Source: an uncultured Planctomycetaceae bacterium (GTDB lineage: Bacteria > Planctomycetota > Planctomycetia > Planctomycetales > Planctomycetaceae). From it: DNA of 64,000 nucleotides. The stretch spans positions 1,024,001 to 1,088,000 of the forward strand of contig CAWFGE010000013.1 of assembly GCA_963815195.1 (NCBI GenBank). Direction: 5' to 3'. Every line of letters begins with the position of its first letter. Within the stretch, counting starts at the first letter, position 1. Made by a program: the position numbers and the translations under genes. The notes beneath the pieces are model-generated. The model saw only the letters and a program-made list of their open reading frames with translations, did no database searches and was not told the DNA's origin. Below are positions 13,579 through 24,993 of this stretch, piece by piece.

Positions 13579-14685
13579 TCACGGGTGATACCAGAACACC
13601 AGCGCGAAGAACACGTACACCGCGAGGAACATCGTTCCTTCGAGCCAGTTGGATTCGCCGTCGCTTAAGCCCGCGGAGGCGATCAAGGTCGCGGCGATGA
13701 GGGCCAACAGTTCGAACGGGTTGAACTTCATCGGCATGAAGTCGTCGCCGATCCACAGCGAGGCGATCACCAAAACCGGGGTGACCATTAACGCGACTTG
13801 AAGGCAGGAGCCCATGGCGATCTGGAACGAAAGCTCCATTTTGTTCTCGCGGGCGACCCACACGGCCACCATGCCCTCCGCCGCGTTGCCCACGACCGCC
13901 ACGACGATCACGCCGATGAACATCTCGCTCATGTCGAAGGTCTTGTTCTCGTTCATGAACTCGATCGAACTCACGAAGGCTTCACTCAAATAGGCGACCC
14001 CGGCGGTCGCCAAAAGGAGCATGACAATCGCCGTCCGCATCGACCAGTCGGCGTGGTGGTCTTCCTCATCCACCGGCATAAACAGAAACTTGTGCGTCCG
14101 CATTGAAAACACAAGACCGGCGACGTAAATCAAGAGCAAAATCACCGCCCCCGAAAGCGAAATGCTCTTAAGCAGCGCAGGCGCATCGCGGGGGGCGATG
14201 CTCTGATCGAGTTGCAGGGCGATCTGCAATAGGCTGGGCACCATAATGATCACCACCGCGATCCAGAGCATCCCCACGTTGACGTGCGCCCCGGTGCGGG
14301 AGAATTTCTGGGTGGGATATTTCATTCCGCCGTAAACCATCGCCGCCCCCAAGACCAAGAGCAGGTTTCCCAGAATGGACCCCGTAATCGAGGACAGCAC
14401 AACCTCGTGCAGGCCCTTGCTGAGCGCGAAAAGCGCGATGATGAGTTCCGTCACGTTCCCGAAGGTCGCGTTCAAGAGTCCGCCCCACAAGGGCCCGGCG
14501 TAGACGGCGATCTCCTCCGTGCCCTTGGCGATCAACGTCACCGTGCCCAGGATGCCCACCGCCGATGCCAGAAACAGCGCCAACCCTTCCTGGCCGGCGA
14601 GTTGCAGGCCGATGGTCACCGGCAAAAACACCAACAGCACCGAAAGTTTGGGGAGCGTTTTCAAAAACCTGGCAGCTTCGGCCAT
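13579..14685 (-). CDS. cax: Ca2+/H+ antiporter (CAX family)
   Basis: LNATFGNVTE and VGNAAE repeat motifs; multiple transmembrane helices. Confidence 0.92.
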   Translation of the reverse strand: MAEAARFLKTLPKLSVLLVFLPVTIGLQLAGQEGLALFLASAVGILGTVTLIAKGTEEIAVYAGPLWGGLLNATFGNVTELIIALFALSKGLHEVVLSSITGSILGNLLLVLGAAMVYGGMKYPTQKFSRTGAHVNVGMLWIAVVIIMVPSLLQIALQLDQSIAPRDAPALLKSISLSGAVILLLIYVAGLVFSMRTHKFLFMPVDEEDHHADWSMRTAIVMLLLATAGVAYLSEAFVSSIEFMNENKTFDMSEMFIGVIVVAVVGNAAEGMVAVWVARENKMELSFQIAMGSCLQVALMVTPVLVIASLWIGDDFMPMKFNPFELLALIAATLIASAGLSDGESNWLEGTMFLAVYVFFALVFWYHP

Positions 14686-14993
14686 CAGCAAGTCCCTAGT
14701 TGACGTATGCCTTAGTGAGGAGATCAGTTCCGCGAGGGCACTGTAACCGACCTGGCACACGACGTTAAGCGTCCCCGAACGCTCGCCCGATCTTTCAAAG
14801 GATGGGGTTTTCGGAGATTTGCTCAAAAAAGCGGTTGGGAACGCGATTCGCATTGGCGGAGTTGTGCCGAACCGGGTTTTTCGGGAAATGCCGGCGGATC
14901 GGCGGCGGGAGTTTCTGCTTGACCCTGCCGGAGGGACTGGCCTATGATGGTATCTGAAATGTATGCAAAGACAGCGAACGAGGATTCTTACGA

Positions 14994-15960
14994 ATGCACA
15001 CACTCGGTCACGTATTTATCTGGTTGATTGCCGTGGGGGCATTGGCGGCGTCTTTCCTGACGGCGAAAACCTACGATGTCCGCAACAGTTGGATCAAAAA
15101 GGTCGACCAGCTCGAAAGAGCAGACGGACGCCAACAAGCCCGTCATCGCGGAACGAGAAGCCCATCTGAAGAAGCTTCAGGAGGAATTCCACCAGACGAT
15201 GCTCGGCTGGGGCGATTATTGGAGGCAAGTCGGCGGGCAGTTGATTCTGCAAGGCCCAGGTGCCGGCAGCTTCGTCACGAGCAACCTGGGCCGGGCCCGC
15301 GGTTTGGGGGCCGTCGCGCCCGCGCCGGCGGGACAGGGACAGGCCGCGCCGCCAGCGTCCGCGCCGCCGATCGTGTACGTGTTCCAAAAAGATCCCCAAA
15401 ACGGCACATCCCGCTATGTGGGTTCCTATCAACTCGACCCAGCCCGCCTGGACGACAACGCGGCCACGTTCTATCCCACCTGGACGATTCGCCCGTCCGA
15501 TTTTGAAGGGATCGATCCCAACGGCGACTTCCGCGTCCGCACGATGGTCCCCGCGCATTTCACTTCAAACTATGCGACCATCCGGGGCGAGATGATCATC
15601 ACGGAAAGGGGTCTCGTCGACAAGCAACAGGCCCTGCAAGAGGAAATCCAGCAGGACCAGATGGCCCAGGAGATTCTCGACCTCAGGACCAACCAGCTCA
15701 AAGGCGACCCGAACTTCGCCGGCGACCCCAAGGCCCCCTTGGACAAGGCCGGGCTCGTGGCCCAGATGGAAGCCGCCGAGGACGCCCGCAACATGGAACT
15801 CGCCGAGCTCGACCGCTGGCGGCGGAAGGTCAAAAACGCCAACGACGAAATGCAGGACTTGATCAAAGCCAACCGCGACTTGGAAAAGGAACTGGAAAAA
15901 ATCGCAACGCCGTCCAAGCCCGCGGAGCCGGAAGTCGCCGCCAAGGTCACCAGTCGATAA
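14994..15960 (+). CDS. Hypothetical membrane-anchored coiled-coil protein, frameshifted at about 15115
   Basis: N-terminal TM segment in ORF 14994..15506 continues in the frame of ORF 15076..15960 (KEQTDANKP...). Confidence 0.65.
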
Positions 15961-16021
15961 CCGAGCGTTCGCCTCGGCCCCCCTCAATTTCAGCATCAGC
16001 CCAGGGAAATGGGCTTCTCTT

Positions 16022-17059
16022 ATGGGTATTGAAAATCGCGATTACGTCCGCGGCGGATCCTCGGGGTATGGCGGATATGCTACCTACGGCGGCTACGGAT
16101 CCGGCCGAATGCCCCCCGCCTGCAAGTGGTTTTTGATTTTGAACATCGTGGTGTTCGTCCTGCAACTCCTCTGGACCGCGGGCCCCACCGACACTGAGAT
16201 GAAGAATTACCAGTCTCAGTTGGAAAAGCAATATCGCCAACTGCGGAACCAGTCGCCGGAGGAAGCGAATCGCGAGATCGAATTCGCCCTTCATGAGATC
16301 AAATTGAATGTCCGCTATTCCGTCATCGGGCGTGCGTTTGAGCTGGCTCCCCAGAAAATCTTTCCCGGCTTTCAACTCTGGCGACTTGTGACGTACGCCT
16401 TCTGCCACGATAAAAACGATGTGTTTCACATCATCTTCAACATGCTGGCCCTCTGGTTCTTTGGTCCGACGCTCGAACGCATGTACGGCACGCGGGAGTT
16501 CGCGTGGTTCTACCTGATGGCGGCCGTCGTGTCGGGGCTCGCGTTTGTCGGCCTGGAGTTGATCTTGGGTTCGCTGCATCCCGTCATCGGAGCGTCCGGG
16601 GCGATCATGGCGGTGCTCATGCTCTACGCCATCCACTATCCCCGGCAGATCATCCGCATCTGGGGCATCATCCCGATCGAAGTCCGCTGGATCGTCGGCT
16701 TTTATCTGATCTACGATCTGTACCCCGTGCTGAAAGCCTTAGGCGGAGACTCGCCCGGCGACCATGTGGCCCATGCCGCTCACTTGGGCGGGCTGGCCTT
16801 CGGTTATGCGTACTTCAAATACCAACTGCAGCTCGAACGGCTCTTTCGCGGGTTGAAGGTGCCGAATTTTGCCTCCCGCGAACCGCGGCCGATGTCGCGG
16901 GGCAACCTTCGGCTCTACGAACCGCCGAGTGCCGAGGATCTCGACAATCAGGTCGATGCGATTCTCGAAAAGATTTCCCAGACCGGCGAAGCCAGCCTGA
17001 CCGACCAGGAACGCGAAATCCTCAAAGCCGCCAGCAACCGCTACAAAAAACGCTCGTGA
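16022..17059 (+). CDS. Rhomboid intramembrane serine protease
   Basis: LWRLVTY, HIIFNM, IGASG and AHLGG motifs; C-terminal VDAILEKIS..G..SLT..E helical domain. Confidence 0.93.
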   Translation: MGIENRDYVRGGSSGYGGYATYGGYGSGRMPPACKWFLILNIVVFVLQLLWTAGPTDTEMKNYQSQLEKQYRQLRNQSPEEANREIEFALHEIKLNVRYSVIGRAFELAPQKIFPGFQLWRLVTYAFCHDKNDVFHIIFNMLALWFFGPTLERMYGTREFAWFYLMAAVVSGLAFVGLELILGSLHPVIGASGAIMAVLMLYAIHYPRQIIRIWGIIPIEVRWIVGFYLIYDLYPVLKALGGDSPGDHVAHAAHLGGLAFGYAYFKYQLQLERLFRGLKVPNFASREPRPMSRGNLRLYEPPSAEDLDNQVDAILEKISQTGEASLTDQEREILKAASNRYKKRS

Positions 17060-17349
17060 GTGAGAGCCCGGCGTTTGAAGAATTCCCCCCCCCAAGCCGC
17101 CGGCTTGCCGGCGGACCGACGCCAAGGCGTCGGCTTGGGTTCACCGCGACAAAAAACGCTCGTGAGTGAGAGCCCGGCGTTTGAAGAATTCCCCCCCCAA
17201 GCCGCCGGCTTGCCGGCGGACCGACGCCAAGGCGTCGGCTTGGGTTCACCGCGACAAAAAACGCTCGTGAGTGAAAGCCCGGCGTTTGAAGAATTCCCCC
17301 CAAGCCGCCGGCTTGCCGGCGGACCGACGCCAAGGCGTCGGCTTGGGTT
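17037..17349. repeat. Three tandem ~105-nt units, each with a branched palindrome
   Basis: Units start at 17037, 17143 and 17248 and differ mainly in C-run length (9, 8, 6). Confidence 0.95.
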
Positions 17350-17366
17350 GAAGAATCGATAATCTG

Positions 17367-18467
17367 TCACTTCCCGCGGCGGTAGAAGGGGAGCTTCACC
17401 GTCTGGGCGGGGATTCGCTGGTTGCGGATTTCCACTTCGACTTTCGTCCCCGGCTTGGCGAGAGACTTTTCGAGATAGCCCATCGCGATTGATTTTTCGA
17501 GCGTGGGCGAAAACGTGCCGGAGGTGATTTCGCCAGCTTCGTTCCCATCGTGGAAGATCTCCGAGCCTTCGCGGGCAATCCGCCGGCCTTCCAGTTCCAA
17601 TCCCACGCGGCGGCGCGTGACTTGATCCTTTAGACTTTTGAGCGCGGGCTGCCCCAGAAATTCGTCCTTTTCCAACTGCACCGCGAAGCTCAACCCCGCC
17701 GTGAAGGGGTCGATCTCTTCGGACAGTTCGTGCCCGTACAAAGGCATCGCCGCTTCCAGCCGCAACGTGTCCCGGCAACCCAGCCCGGCCGGTTTTAAGC
17801 CCGCGGCCCGGCCTTGGTCCATCAAGCTTTCCCAAAGCGGAATGCCCTTCTCGGCGGGGAGGATGATCTCGAACCCGTCCTCGCCGGTGTAACCCGTGCG
17901 GGAAAGAATCGCAGGCACGCCAAACAGTTCGCATTCCCGCCCGGTGTAATACGCGAGGCTGTCCCCATCGATGGCGGGCTTCGTGATCTGATTCAGAATT
18001 CCCACGCTCGCCGGCCCCTGAAGCGCCACCATCGCAGTGTTTTGGGTTTGATCCTCGACTTCCACATCGAATCCCGACTTGTGGGTGTTGATCCAATCCA
18101 GAATCTTGGGGCGATTGGAGGCATTCACCACGAGAAGATACCGCTCGGGAAACCGGTAAACCAGAATATCGTCCAGAATGCCCCCTTGCTCATTGGTCAC
18201 GAGCCCATAGCGAATTTGCCCTTCCTCAAGAGCGGAGACATCGCAGGTCAACAGGTGATTCAAGAACCTTCGGGCATCGGGGCCTTCAAAAAACACTCGG
18301 CCCATGTGGGCGATGTCGAACAGTCCCGCCCGCGTGCGGACGGCCCCATGTTCCTCGGCGATGCGGGAATACTGCACCGGCATGTCCCAGCCCGCGAAGT
18401 CCACCATCCGCCCGCCATGCTGGGCGTGCCAATCGTGACAGGGGGTTTTTAGCAAAGAGTTAGTCAT
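17367..18467 (-). CDS. gcvT: Glycine cleavage system aminomethyltransferase T
   Basis: [26 protein letters not shown] and RDTLRLEA motifs. Confidence 0.97.
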   Translation of the reverse strand: MTNSLLKTPCHDWHAQHGGRMVDFAGWDMPVQYSRIAEEHGAVRTRAGLFDIAHMGRVFFEGPDARRFLNHLLTCDVSALEEGQIRYGLVTNEQGGILDDILVYRFPERYLLVVNASNRPKILDWINTHKSGFDVEVEDQTQNTAMVALQGPASVGILNQITKPAIDGDSLAYYTGRECELFGVPAILSRTGYTGEDGFEIILPAEKGIPLWESLMDQGRAAGLKPAGLGCRDTLRLEAAMPLYGHELSEEIDPFTAGLSFAVQLEKDEFLGQPALKSLKDQVTRRRVGLELEGRRIAREGSEIFHDGNEAGEITSGTFSPTLEKSIAMGYLEKSLAKPGTKVEVEIRNQRIPAQTVKLPFYRRGK

Positions 18468-18574
18468 GAGGGCTTCCTGTGGAATCGAAGAATCGTCGTC
18501 CTCTTGTACGTTTCTAAAATGTCGTTGACCAAGCATCGATTGAAAAGTGAACACGTCAATGGCAATGGTTTGAA

Positions 18575-18698
18575 TAGCCGCGAAGCGGCGGCAGCATCTC
18601 GCTGCCGGCGTAAGCCGGCAGATCCAGAGGACTCCAAAAACCAATGAGCCGCGAAGCGGCGACAGCAATTCTCCATTGCTAGCGCCGCTTCGCGGCTA
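18575..18698. repeat. REP-like palindrome cluster
   Basis: AGCCGCGAAGCGGCG occurs twice, followed by its inverted copy CGCCGCTTCGCGGCT. Confidence 0.65.
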
Positions 18699-18723
18699 AG
18701 ATCAACGTCCGGGGAATAGTCCC

Positions 18724-19516
18724 TCAGGCTTCCTCTTCGTGGGAGCACAAGGAGGCCCGCATGAATTCGCGGTTCATGCGGTGGATGTTGGTGACGGAAA
18801 TCCCCGCGGGGCACGCGGCTTCGCATTGGTTGGTGTTGGTGCAGGAGCCGAAGCCTTCCTCGTCCATCTGGGCCACCATCTTGAGGACCCGGCGATTGCG
18901 TTCGGGCTGGCCTTGGGGCAACAGGGCCAACTGCGAAACTTTGGCGCTTGTAAACAGCATCGCCGACGCGTTTTTGCAAGCGGCGACGCAAGCACCACAG
19001 CCGATGCAGGCGGCGGCGTTCATCGACAGGTCGGCGTTTTCCTTGGGCACAGGGAGGGCGTTCGCGTCCTGGGCATTTCCGGTGTTGACGGAGATGTAAC
19101 CCCCCGCCTGGATGATGCGGTCGAACGCCGAGCGGTCCACGACAAGGTCTTTCAGCACCGGAAACGCCCGCGCCCGCCAGGGTTCGATCACGATCGTATC
19201 GCCGTTTTCGAAACCGCCGCATGTGCAGCTGGCAGGTCGTGGTTTCCGCGTCGGGGCCGTGGGGCCGGCCGTTGATCACCACGCCGCACATCCCGCAGAT
19301 GCCTTCCCGGCAGTCGTGGTCGAAGGCGACCGGTTCTTCGCCCCGCGCGATCAGCTGCTCGTTCAACACGTCGAGCATTTCCAGAAACGACATGTGCGTG
19401 GAAATGCCGTGGAGCTTGTAGGTCTGAAACCCGCCCTTGGCGTCCGCGCTCGGCTGCCGCCAGATTTGCAGGGTCAAATCGAGCAGTTCACCATCCGCAT
19501 GAGCCGCGTCAATCAT
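18724..19516 (-). CDS. sdhB: Succinate dehydrogenase/fumarate reductase Fe-S subunit, frameshifted at about 19212
   Basis: CREGICGMC in one frame; CIGCGAC and [12 protein letters not shown] in the next. Removing one base from the AAA at 19211-19213 joins them. The start overlaps the sdhA stop. Confidence 0.93.
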
Positions 19517-21453
19517 TATTTGTAGCTCCGAGTGGTCAAGGGGACTTCGTTGAATGTCAAAGGCTCTTTGTGGAGCGTGGCTTCGTCGCCGACGCCATTG
19601 AACTCCCAAGCCGCGACGTAGCAGAAGTTCTCATCGTCGCGCCGGGCTTCGCCTTCCTCGGTCTGGTACTCCTCGCGGAAGTGGCCGCCGCAGGATTCGT
19701 TCCGATGCAGGGCATCCTGGGCGAAGAACTCGCCGAACTCCAGAAAGTCCGCCACGCGGCCCGCATGCTCCAGGTTCTGGTTGAGTTCTTCGCCGGTGCC
19801 CAAAACCTTCACCGACCGCCAGAACTCGTCCCGCAGGTCGCGAATCTGGCTCGCGGCTTCTTTGAGGCCCTCGGCGTTTCTCGCCATGCCGCATTTGTTC
19901 CACATGATCTCACCCAGCTCGCGGTGCAGGTGGTCCACGGACTTCCGGCCTTTGACCTGAAGGATGCGTTCGATCCGCTCGCGGGCATCGACCATGGTTT
20001 CTTTGAAGGCGGGATGATTGACGGTGACCTTGGGGAAATCGGTGCGGGCCAGGTGATCGCCTACGGTGTAAGGCACGATGAAGTAGCCGTCCGCGAGGCC
20101 TTGCATCAAAGCGCTCGCTCCCAGGCGGTTCGCCCCGTGGTCGGAGAAGTTCGCTTCGCCGAGCACGAACAGGCCGGGCACATTCGATTGCAGGTTGTAA
20201 TCGACCCAGAGCCCGCCCATCGTGTAATGCACGGCGGGATAGATCCGCATGGGAACCCGGTAAGGGTCTTCTGCCGTGATTTTCTGATACATGTGGAACA
20301 GGTTGCCGTATTTCGCGCGGATCACATCTTCGCCGTCGCGTTTGATGGCATCGCGGAAATCGAGATACACGGCCTTGCCGCTTTCGCCGACGCCGTAGCC
20401 CGCGTCGCAGCGCTCTTTCGCCGCGCGGGAGGCGACATCGCGGGGCACCATGTTCCCGAACGCCGGGTATCGGCGTTCCAGGTAATAGTCGCGGTCTTCG
20501 TCGGGGATGTCGTTGGGTTTGCGGGTTTCGCTTTCGCTTTTGGGGACCCAGACCCGGCCGTCGTTTCGGAGGCTTTCGCTCATCAACGTCAGCTTGGATT
20601 GATAATCCCCCGACACCGGAATGCACGTGGGATGAATCTGCGTGTAGCAGGGATTGGCGAAAAACGCGCCCCTGCGATGGCAACGCCAGGCGGCGGTGAC
20701 ATTGCAGGCCTTGGCGTTCGTGGAAAGATAAAACACGTTCCCGTAGCCGCCCGTGCAAACGAGCACCGCATGGGCGGCGTAGCTTTCAAACGCCCCGGTG
20801 ATGAGGTTCCGGGCGATGATCCCGCGGGCCATGCCGTTGACGAGCACGAGATCGAGCATCTCCCGGCGGGTGAACATCTCGACTTTGCCCGTGGCCACTT
20901 GCCGCATGAGGGCGGAATAGGCCCCCAATAAAAGCTGCTGCCCCGTCTGGCCGCGGGCGTAGAACGTTCTGGAGACCTGCGCGCCGCCGAAGGTGCGGTT
21001 GGCGAGCAGGCCGCCGTATTCGCGGGCGAAGGGGACGCCTTGGGCGACGCATTGGTCGATGATCCCGTTGCTGACTTCCGCCAGGCGATACACGTTCGCT
21101 TCCCGGCTGCGGAAGTCGCCGCCTTTCACGGTGTCGTAAAACAGCCGCCAGATGCTGTCGTTGTCGTTGGGGTAGTTCTTGGCGGCGTTGATCCCGCCTT
21201 GGGCCGCGATGCTGTGGGCCCGCCGGGGCGAATCCTGGATGCAGAAGCACTTGACGTTATACCCGAGCTCTGCCAGCGACGCCGCCGCGGACGCCCCGGC
21301 CAAACCGCTGCCGACGACGATCACATCGTACTTCCGCTTGTTGTTGGGGGAGACGAGCTTGAGTTCGTTTTTGCGGTTGGTCCATTTTTCATGAATGGCC
21401 CCGTCGGGCACGTTGCCATCCAGGATGGAAGCGGATCCGGTAACCTGTGCCAT
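19516..21453 (-). CDS. sdhA: Succinate dehydrogenase/fumarate reductase flavoprotein subunit
   Basis: [25 protein letters not shown] and HGANRLG motifs. Confidence 0.97.
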   Translation of the reverse strand: MAQVTGSASILDGNVPDGAIHEKWTNRKNELKLVSPNNKRKYDVIVVGSGLAGASAAASLAELGYNVKCFCIQDSPRRAHSIAAQGGINAAKNYPNDNDSIWRLFYDTVKGGDFRSREANVYRLAEVSNGIIDQCVAQGVPFAREYGGLLANRTFGGAQVSRTFYARGQTGQQLLLGAYSALMRQVATGKVEMFTRREMLDLVLVNGMARGIIARNLITGAFESYAAHAVLVCTGGYGNVFYLSTNAKACNVTAAWRCHRRGAFFANPCYTQIHPTCIPVSGDYQSKLTLMSESLRNDGRVWVPKSESETRKPNDIPDEDRDYYLERRYPAFGNMVPRDVASRAAKERCDAGYGVGESGKAVYLDFRDAIKRDGEDVIRAKYGNLFHMYQKITAEDPYRVPMRIYPAVHYTMGGLWVDYNLQSNVPGLFVLGEANFSDHGANRLGASALMQGLADGYFIVPYTVGDHLARTDFPKVTVNHPAFKETMVDARERIERILQVKGRKSVDHLHRELGEIMWNKCGMARNAEGLKEAASQIRDLRDEFWRSVKVLGTGEELNQNLEHAGRVADFLEFGEFFAQDALHRNESCGGHFREEYQTEEGEARRDDENFCYVAAWEFNGVGDEATLHKEPLTFNEVPLTTRSYK

Positions 21454-21551
21454 GTCTTTTGATCCTTAGGGGGAACGGTTCGGCGGGTGTTTTCGTTTGC
21501 CGGTGATCGTGAAGGAAAGGCGCAATCCAAGAAGTTCAGAACGAACAGGCT

Positions 21552-22238
21552 TCAGCGGTGCAGAAACGAGGCCCACAGCGGGAACGTGGAGAAGCCCAGT
21601 CCAAAAACGACGGCGAAGAAATATCCAAATTTGCGAATACACCCGTTGTACTTCGGGTGGCTGATGCCCAGCGAGCGAAACGCGCTCGAAAACCCGTGCA
21701 GCAAATGGGCACACAGGGCCAACGTGCCGATCAGGTAGACAATCAAGGTCGAGCTGTGGGTCAGAATGGAGATGGCTTTGTCATAAGGTTCCATCACCTG
21801 GCCCTCGGCGTTTTTGTAATATTCCTCGGGGCCGAGCTCCAAGGCGAAGTCCCTTAGATGCCAGAGCAAGAAACCCAGCACAACGATCCCGGACCAGATC
21901 ATCCACGAATCCACGCGGGCGGGGGCGACCTCGGCTCCTTCTTTCGTGTGCTTGACCGCGTAGCCCACACCGCGGGCGCTCGTGTTGTTTTTGGTCAAAT
22001 CGAACGCTAGAACGATGTGCAGCACGAACAGAATCAGCAGGCACACCTCGGCGATTCTCACGAACCATTCTTGGCTGTGCAGCGTGTGGGCATAGTGATT
22101 GTAGGCGTCGGGACCAACGTACATCAACAGGTTGCCGGCAAGGTGCGTCACGAGAAATCCGCACAATAGCAGCCCCGTGATTCCCATGATGTACTTCTTC
22201 CCCAACGAGGAAGAAACGAGGAGGCGGAACCAACTCAA
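21552..22238 (-). CDS. sdhC: Succinate dehydrogenase cytochrome b subunit
   Basis: SSLGKKYIMGITG..HLAGN and HLLHGFSSAF motifs; TTG start with AAGGAG RBS; upstream of sdhA. Confidence 0.92.
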   Translation of the reverse strand: MSWFRLLVSSSLGKKYIMGITGLLLCGFLVTHLAGNLLMYVGPDAYNHYAHTLHSQEWFVRIAEVCLLILFVLHIVLAFDLTKNNTSARGVGYAVKHTKEGAEVAPARVDSWMIWSGIVVLGFLLWHLRDFALELGPEEYYKNAEGQVMEPYDKAISILTHSSTLIVYLIGTLALCAHLLHGFSSAFRSLGISHPKYNGCIRKFGYFFAVVFGLGFSTFPLWASFLHR

Positions 22239-22387
22239 GGGAAACTCCTTCAATGGCAAATCGGACCGGCCTGGGTGAAAAACCACGATGCCGGTTGATT
22301 ATAGGAGAAGCCCCTACAACTTCAATCGTCGGGGGAAGCGCCGCGGAAAAAAGCGGCGATCGGAGGCGAAGGACGCGGCTCCGATTC

Positions 22388-22780
22388 AATGCAAAGTGCA
22401 AAATGCAAAATGCAAAGTGCAAAGTCAGTCGTTCCAAATTTCGGTAGAAAGGGCCGAAGGTCCGGAAAGACGCAATCGGTCGATGTGTGTGAGAGTTGCC
22501 AAAATAGCGCCGCCCCGATGGGGCTTTCGATTCATTCATTCTCCGCGTAACCCAGGACGGCGCTGCGCTTGTCCTGGGCTGACATAGAGCCGGGCCATTG
22601 GCCCTAAATGCATTTGCTGCTAATGCAGCTGAGACGGTTGCACCACGATCACACGAAATTTGGAACGATTGAAATTGCAGATGAAAATGCAAAATGAAAA
22701 GTGCAAAATGAAGACTGGTCAGTTTGCATTTTTCACTTTGCATTTTTCACTTTGCATTTTTCACTTTGCATTTTTCGCTT
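22388..22780. repeat. Arrays of short TGCAAAA/TGCAAAG-type repeats in direct and inverted orientation, interrupted by a MITE
   Basis: Direct arrays at 22388-22424 and 22675-22712; inverted array of TTTGCATTTTTCAC units at about 22723-22776. Confidence 0.85.
22425..22672. mobile_element. MITE-like element (family B), copy 1, with internal REP hairpins
   Basis: 19-nt terminal inverted repeats TCAGTCGTTCCAAATTTCG / CGAAATTTGGAACGATTGA (1 mismatch). Homologous to 30985-32692. Confidence 0.75.
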
Positions 22781-24430
22781 TCAATAACGGAAAAACCGCG
22801 AGCGGGGCACGTTGAGATGCCAGACGCGGTTGTTGTTCGGATCGAACTCGTGGAGGCCGTTTTCGTCGGCGATGAGCGTGTTGCCGTTGGAGAGCCGTTG
22901 AGCCTGGGCGGGATTTTTGAGATCGGCTTTGGACCAGACGATGCTGCCTTGGGGGTCGTATTCATCCACGCGGTTCAATCGCATTTCCGTCACGAGAATG
23001 TTCCCGTTGTCGAGCATCTGGGACGTGTGCGGCATGTCCAGCCCGCCGATCAGTTTTCGGATATTGCCCTCATTGTCCACTTCGACCACCTGTCCCGCGC
23101 TTTCCTGAGTGACCCGTTGCAGATTGATGACCGTGTGGCCGTTGGGCAGACGCTGTGCGGTCGTGGGCCGGCCTTCGATCGTCAGGTCCCACACCACCCG
23201 CCCGTCGCGGGCGACTTCCACGACGTGATTGCTGTCGGAGCAGGCGACGAGGACGTTCCCATTCTCCAATCCCTGGACGCCGGTGGGCCGGCCGGGCAGA
23301 TCGCTGTGCCGCCAGGTTTCCTTTCCCGTTTCATCATATTCGAATACGACTTTCTCGTCCGAATCCACCGCCAGCCGCCGGCCGTCCGGCGTCGCGTGGC
23401 AGCCCCAGACATATTGGAAGCCCGAGATCCGAAAGACCTCGTCTTTGTCCGCCGTGACCTCCAACAAGGTTTTGTCGTTGGTGCTCCAGGCGCAAATCAG
23501 CGTCCGGCCCAGTTCCATTTGCTGCCGGGGGAAAGGAAACTTGAGTTCGGCGGCGGCTCCGTGCTGCTTGAGCCATCTTTTCCAGGACAAGACCGCCAGC
23601 GTACGGGGCTTGGCGTCGCCGCCCGGCGGAAAGCCGAACTGCTTCCCCGTCACAGCCCGCAGAATGGTTGCGCTTCGCTGCCGCTCTTCAAATCGCGGCG
23701 ATTCCAAGAACTCCACCAGCACCGGCAAGCACTCCCGCCGGCCCAAGTCGGCCAAAGCTTCCGCCGCCGCCAATCGCATCGAGGACTCGGCGTGCTGCAG
23801 ACTCGGCAACAGCACCGGCAACGCCCGCGTCTGTAGCGCGGCCCCGAGCGCCAACAGAGCCGCCTCCTTTCGCGGGGAAGGCTCGCGGGCGATCGCCTCC
23901 CGCAACAAGCCGGCGTCAGCCGGCCCGGCCGTGGCGTAAAGAGCTCGCTGCGCGTGGCGAAAAACATACGCCTCCTCAAGCTGCGGAAGCAATCGCAGCA
24001 ACAACTTCGCCAGACCCTTGACCCGGTGGTGCTCGATGAATTGAAGCACCGCCACCAGTTTCGCCTCATAGGCTTGCTGCTGCGCTCTCGCCAGCAATCG
24101 CCTGGCCCGCGCGCGGACTTCCGCATCGCCGGAGCGAACCGCCTCTCCCAGTTGCGAAATTGGGGGCACGGGCAGCCGCATCAGTTCCCGCGTCGCCGCC
24201 TGCCGCTCGGCGAACCTCGGGCTGCCGAGTTTCGCAATCAGCGTTTTCACGCGCTCTTCCCCGTCTTCATCGGCCAGGACCAATGTCAAAAAGCGATTCA
24301 CTCCCGCAGGTGTCGGTTCGATTTTGAACCGCTTGAGCTTGGCATCGATAACATGCTCCGCCGAGGCGCGCATTGGTGCCAGAAGCAAAACGGCCGCCGA
24401 GCACACAAAATAGAAAAGGGAATGCGGCAT
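22781..24430 (-). CDS. Secreted HEAT-repeat + beta-propeller protein
   Basis: Signal peptide, HEAT-like helices, then repeated (RL)xNGN(T/V)L...E.D..G..VW propeller blades. Confidence 0.8.
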   Translation of the reverse strand: MPHSLFYFVCSAAVLLLAPMRASAEHVIDAKLKRFKIEPTPAGVNRFLTLVLADEDGEERVKTLIAKLGSPRFAERQAATRELMRLPVPPISQLGEAVRSGDAEVRARARRLLARAQQQAYEAKLVAVLQFIEHHRVKGLAKLLLRLLPQLEEAYVFRHAQRALYATAGPADAGLLREAIAREPSPRKEAALLALGAALQTRALPVLLPSLQHAESSMRLAAAEALADLGRRECLPVLVEFLESPRFEERQRSATILRAVTGKQFGFPPGGDAKPRTLAVLSWKRWLKQHGAAAELKFPFPRQQMELGRTLICAWSTNDKTLLEVTADKDEVFRISGFQYVWGCHATPDGRRLAVDSDEKVVFEYDETGKETWRHSDLPGRPTGVQGLENGNVLVACSDSNHVVEVARDGRVVWDLTIEGRPTTAQRLPNGHTVINLQRVTQESAGQVVEVDNEGNIRKLIGGLDMPHTSQMLDNGNILVTEMRLNRVDEYDPQGSIVWSKADLKNPAQAQRLSNGNTLIADENGLHEFDPNNNRVWHLNVPRSRFFRY

Positions 24431-24729
24431 GGGAAACTCAATCAAACTCAATCAAACTCAATCGGGGCGGGGATTTCCGAGCAACGCGTTTTTTTCTGTT
24501 CTACCAAGAAAAAACCGGCTCCACCACTGGAATCCGTGATTCCGCGGGGTTTGATTTTGTTGCAGTCGTTGCGATTTGCCACGCCCTTCGCGGGCTCAGA
24601 GGCCACTTGTGCATTGCCATCCAACGCGGTCGATTCACGATTGGCGATGCGCGGTTATAATGATCGGCAGGAAAAAGAAGACTCTCTGTTTCAACGAGGC
24701 GCGGCCGTTGCCGCGTTTGAGGAATGCCG

Positions 24730-24963
24730 ATGATACGCCCTCAGACCTGTCCGATTTGCGAAAAAGAGTTGGCTCCCGATGCGGCGCTCGAGTCGGATTT
24801 CTTCCCCTTTTGCAGCCAGAGATGCCGGCAGATTGACTTGTATCGCTGGGCGGAAGGAAAATACGGGATTCCCGAACCGCTAACTCCCGACCACCTGGAA
24901 GCCGAGCGGCTGGAGCACGATGGGGAATCCATCGATCCCGACCGCTTCGGCGACGATTATTGA
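24730..24963 (+). CDS. yacG: DNA gyrase inhibitor YacG
   Basis: CPIC...FPFCSQRCRQIDLYRWAEG.Y motif. Confidence 0.9.
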   Translation: MIRPQTCPICEKELAPDAALESDFFPFCSQRCRQIDLYRWAEGKYGIPEPLTPDHLEAERLEHDGESIDPDRFGDDY

Positions 24964-24993
24964 TTCGCGCGGATTCTTCTCGAGGAACTCACC

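Noticed and set aside
17037..17349. Possible CRISPR array
   Set aside because: Units are ~105 nt with no variable spacers, and no cas genes are present.
24434..24463. Three copies of AAACTCAATC just upstream of the 24430 start, as a phase-variation tract
   Set aside because: Only three units and no evidence of length variation; could be incidental.
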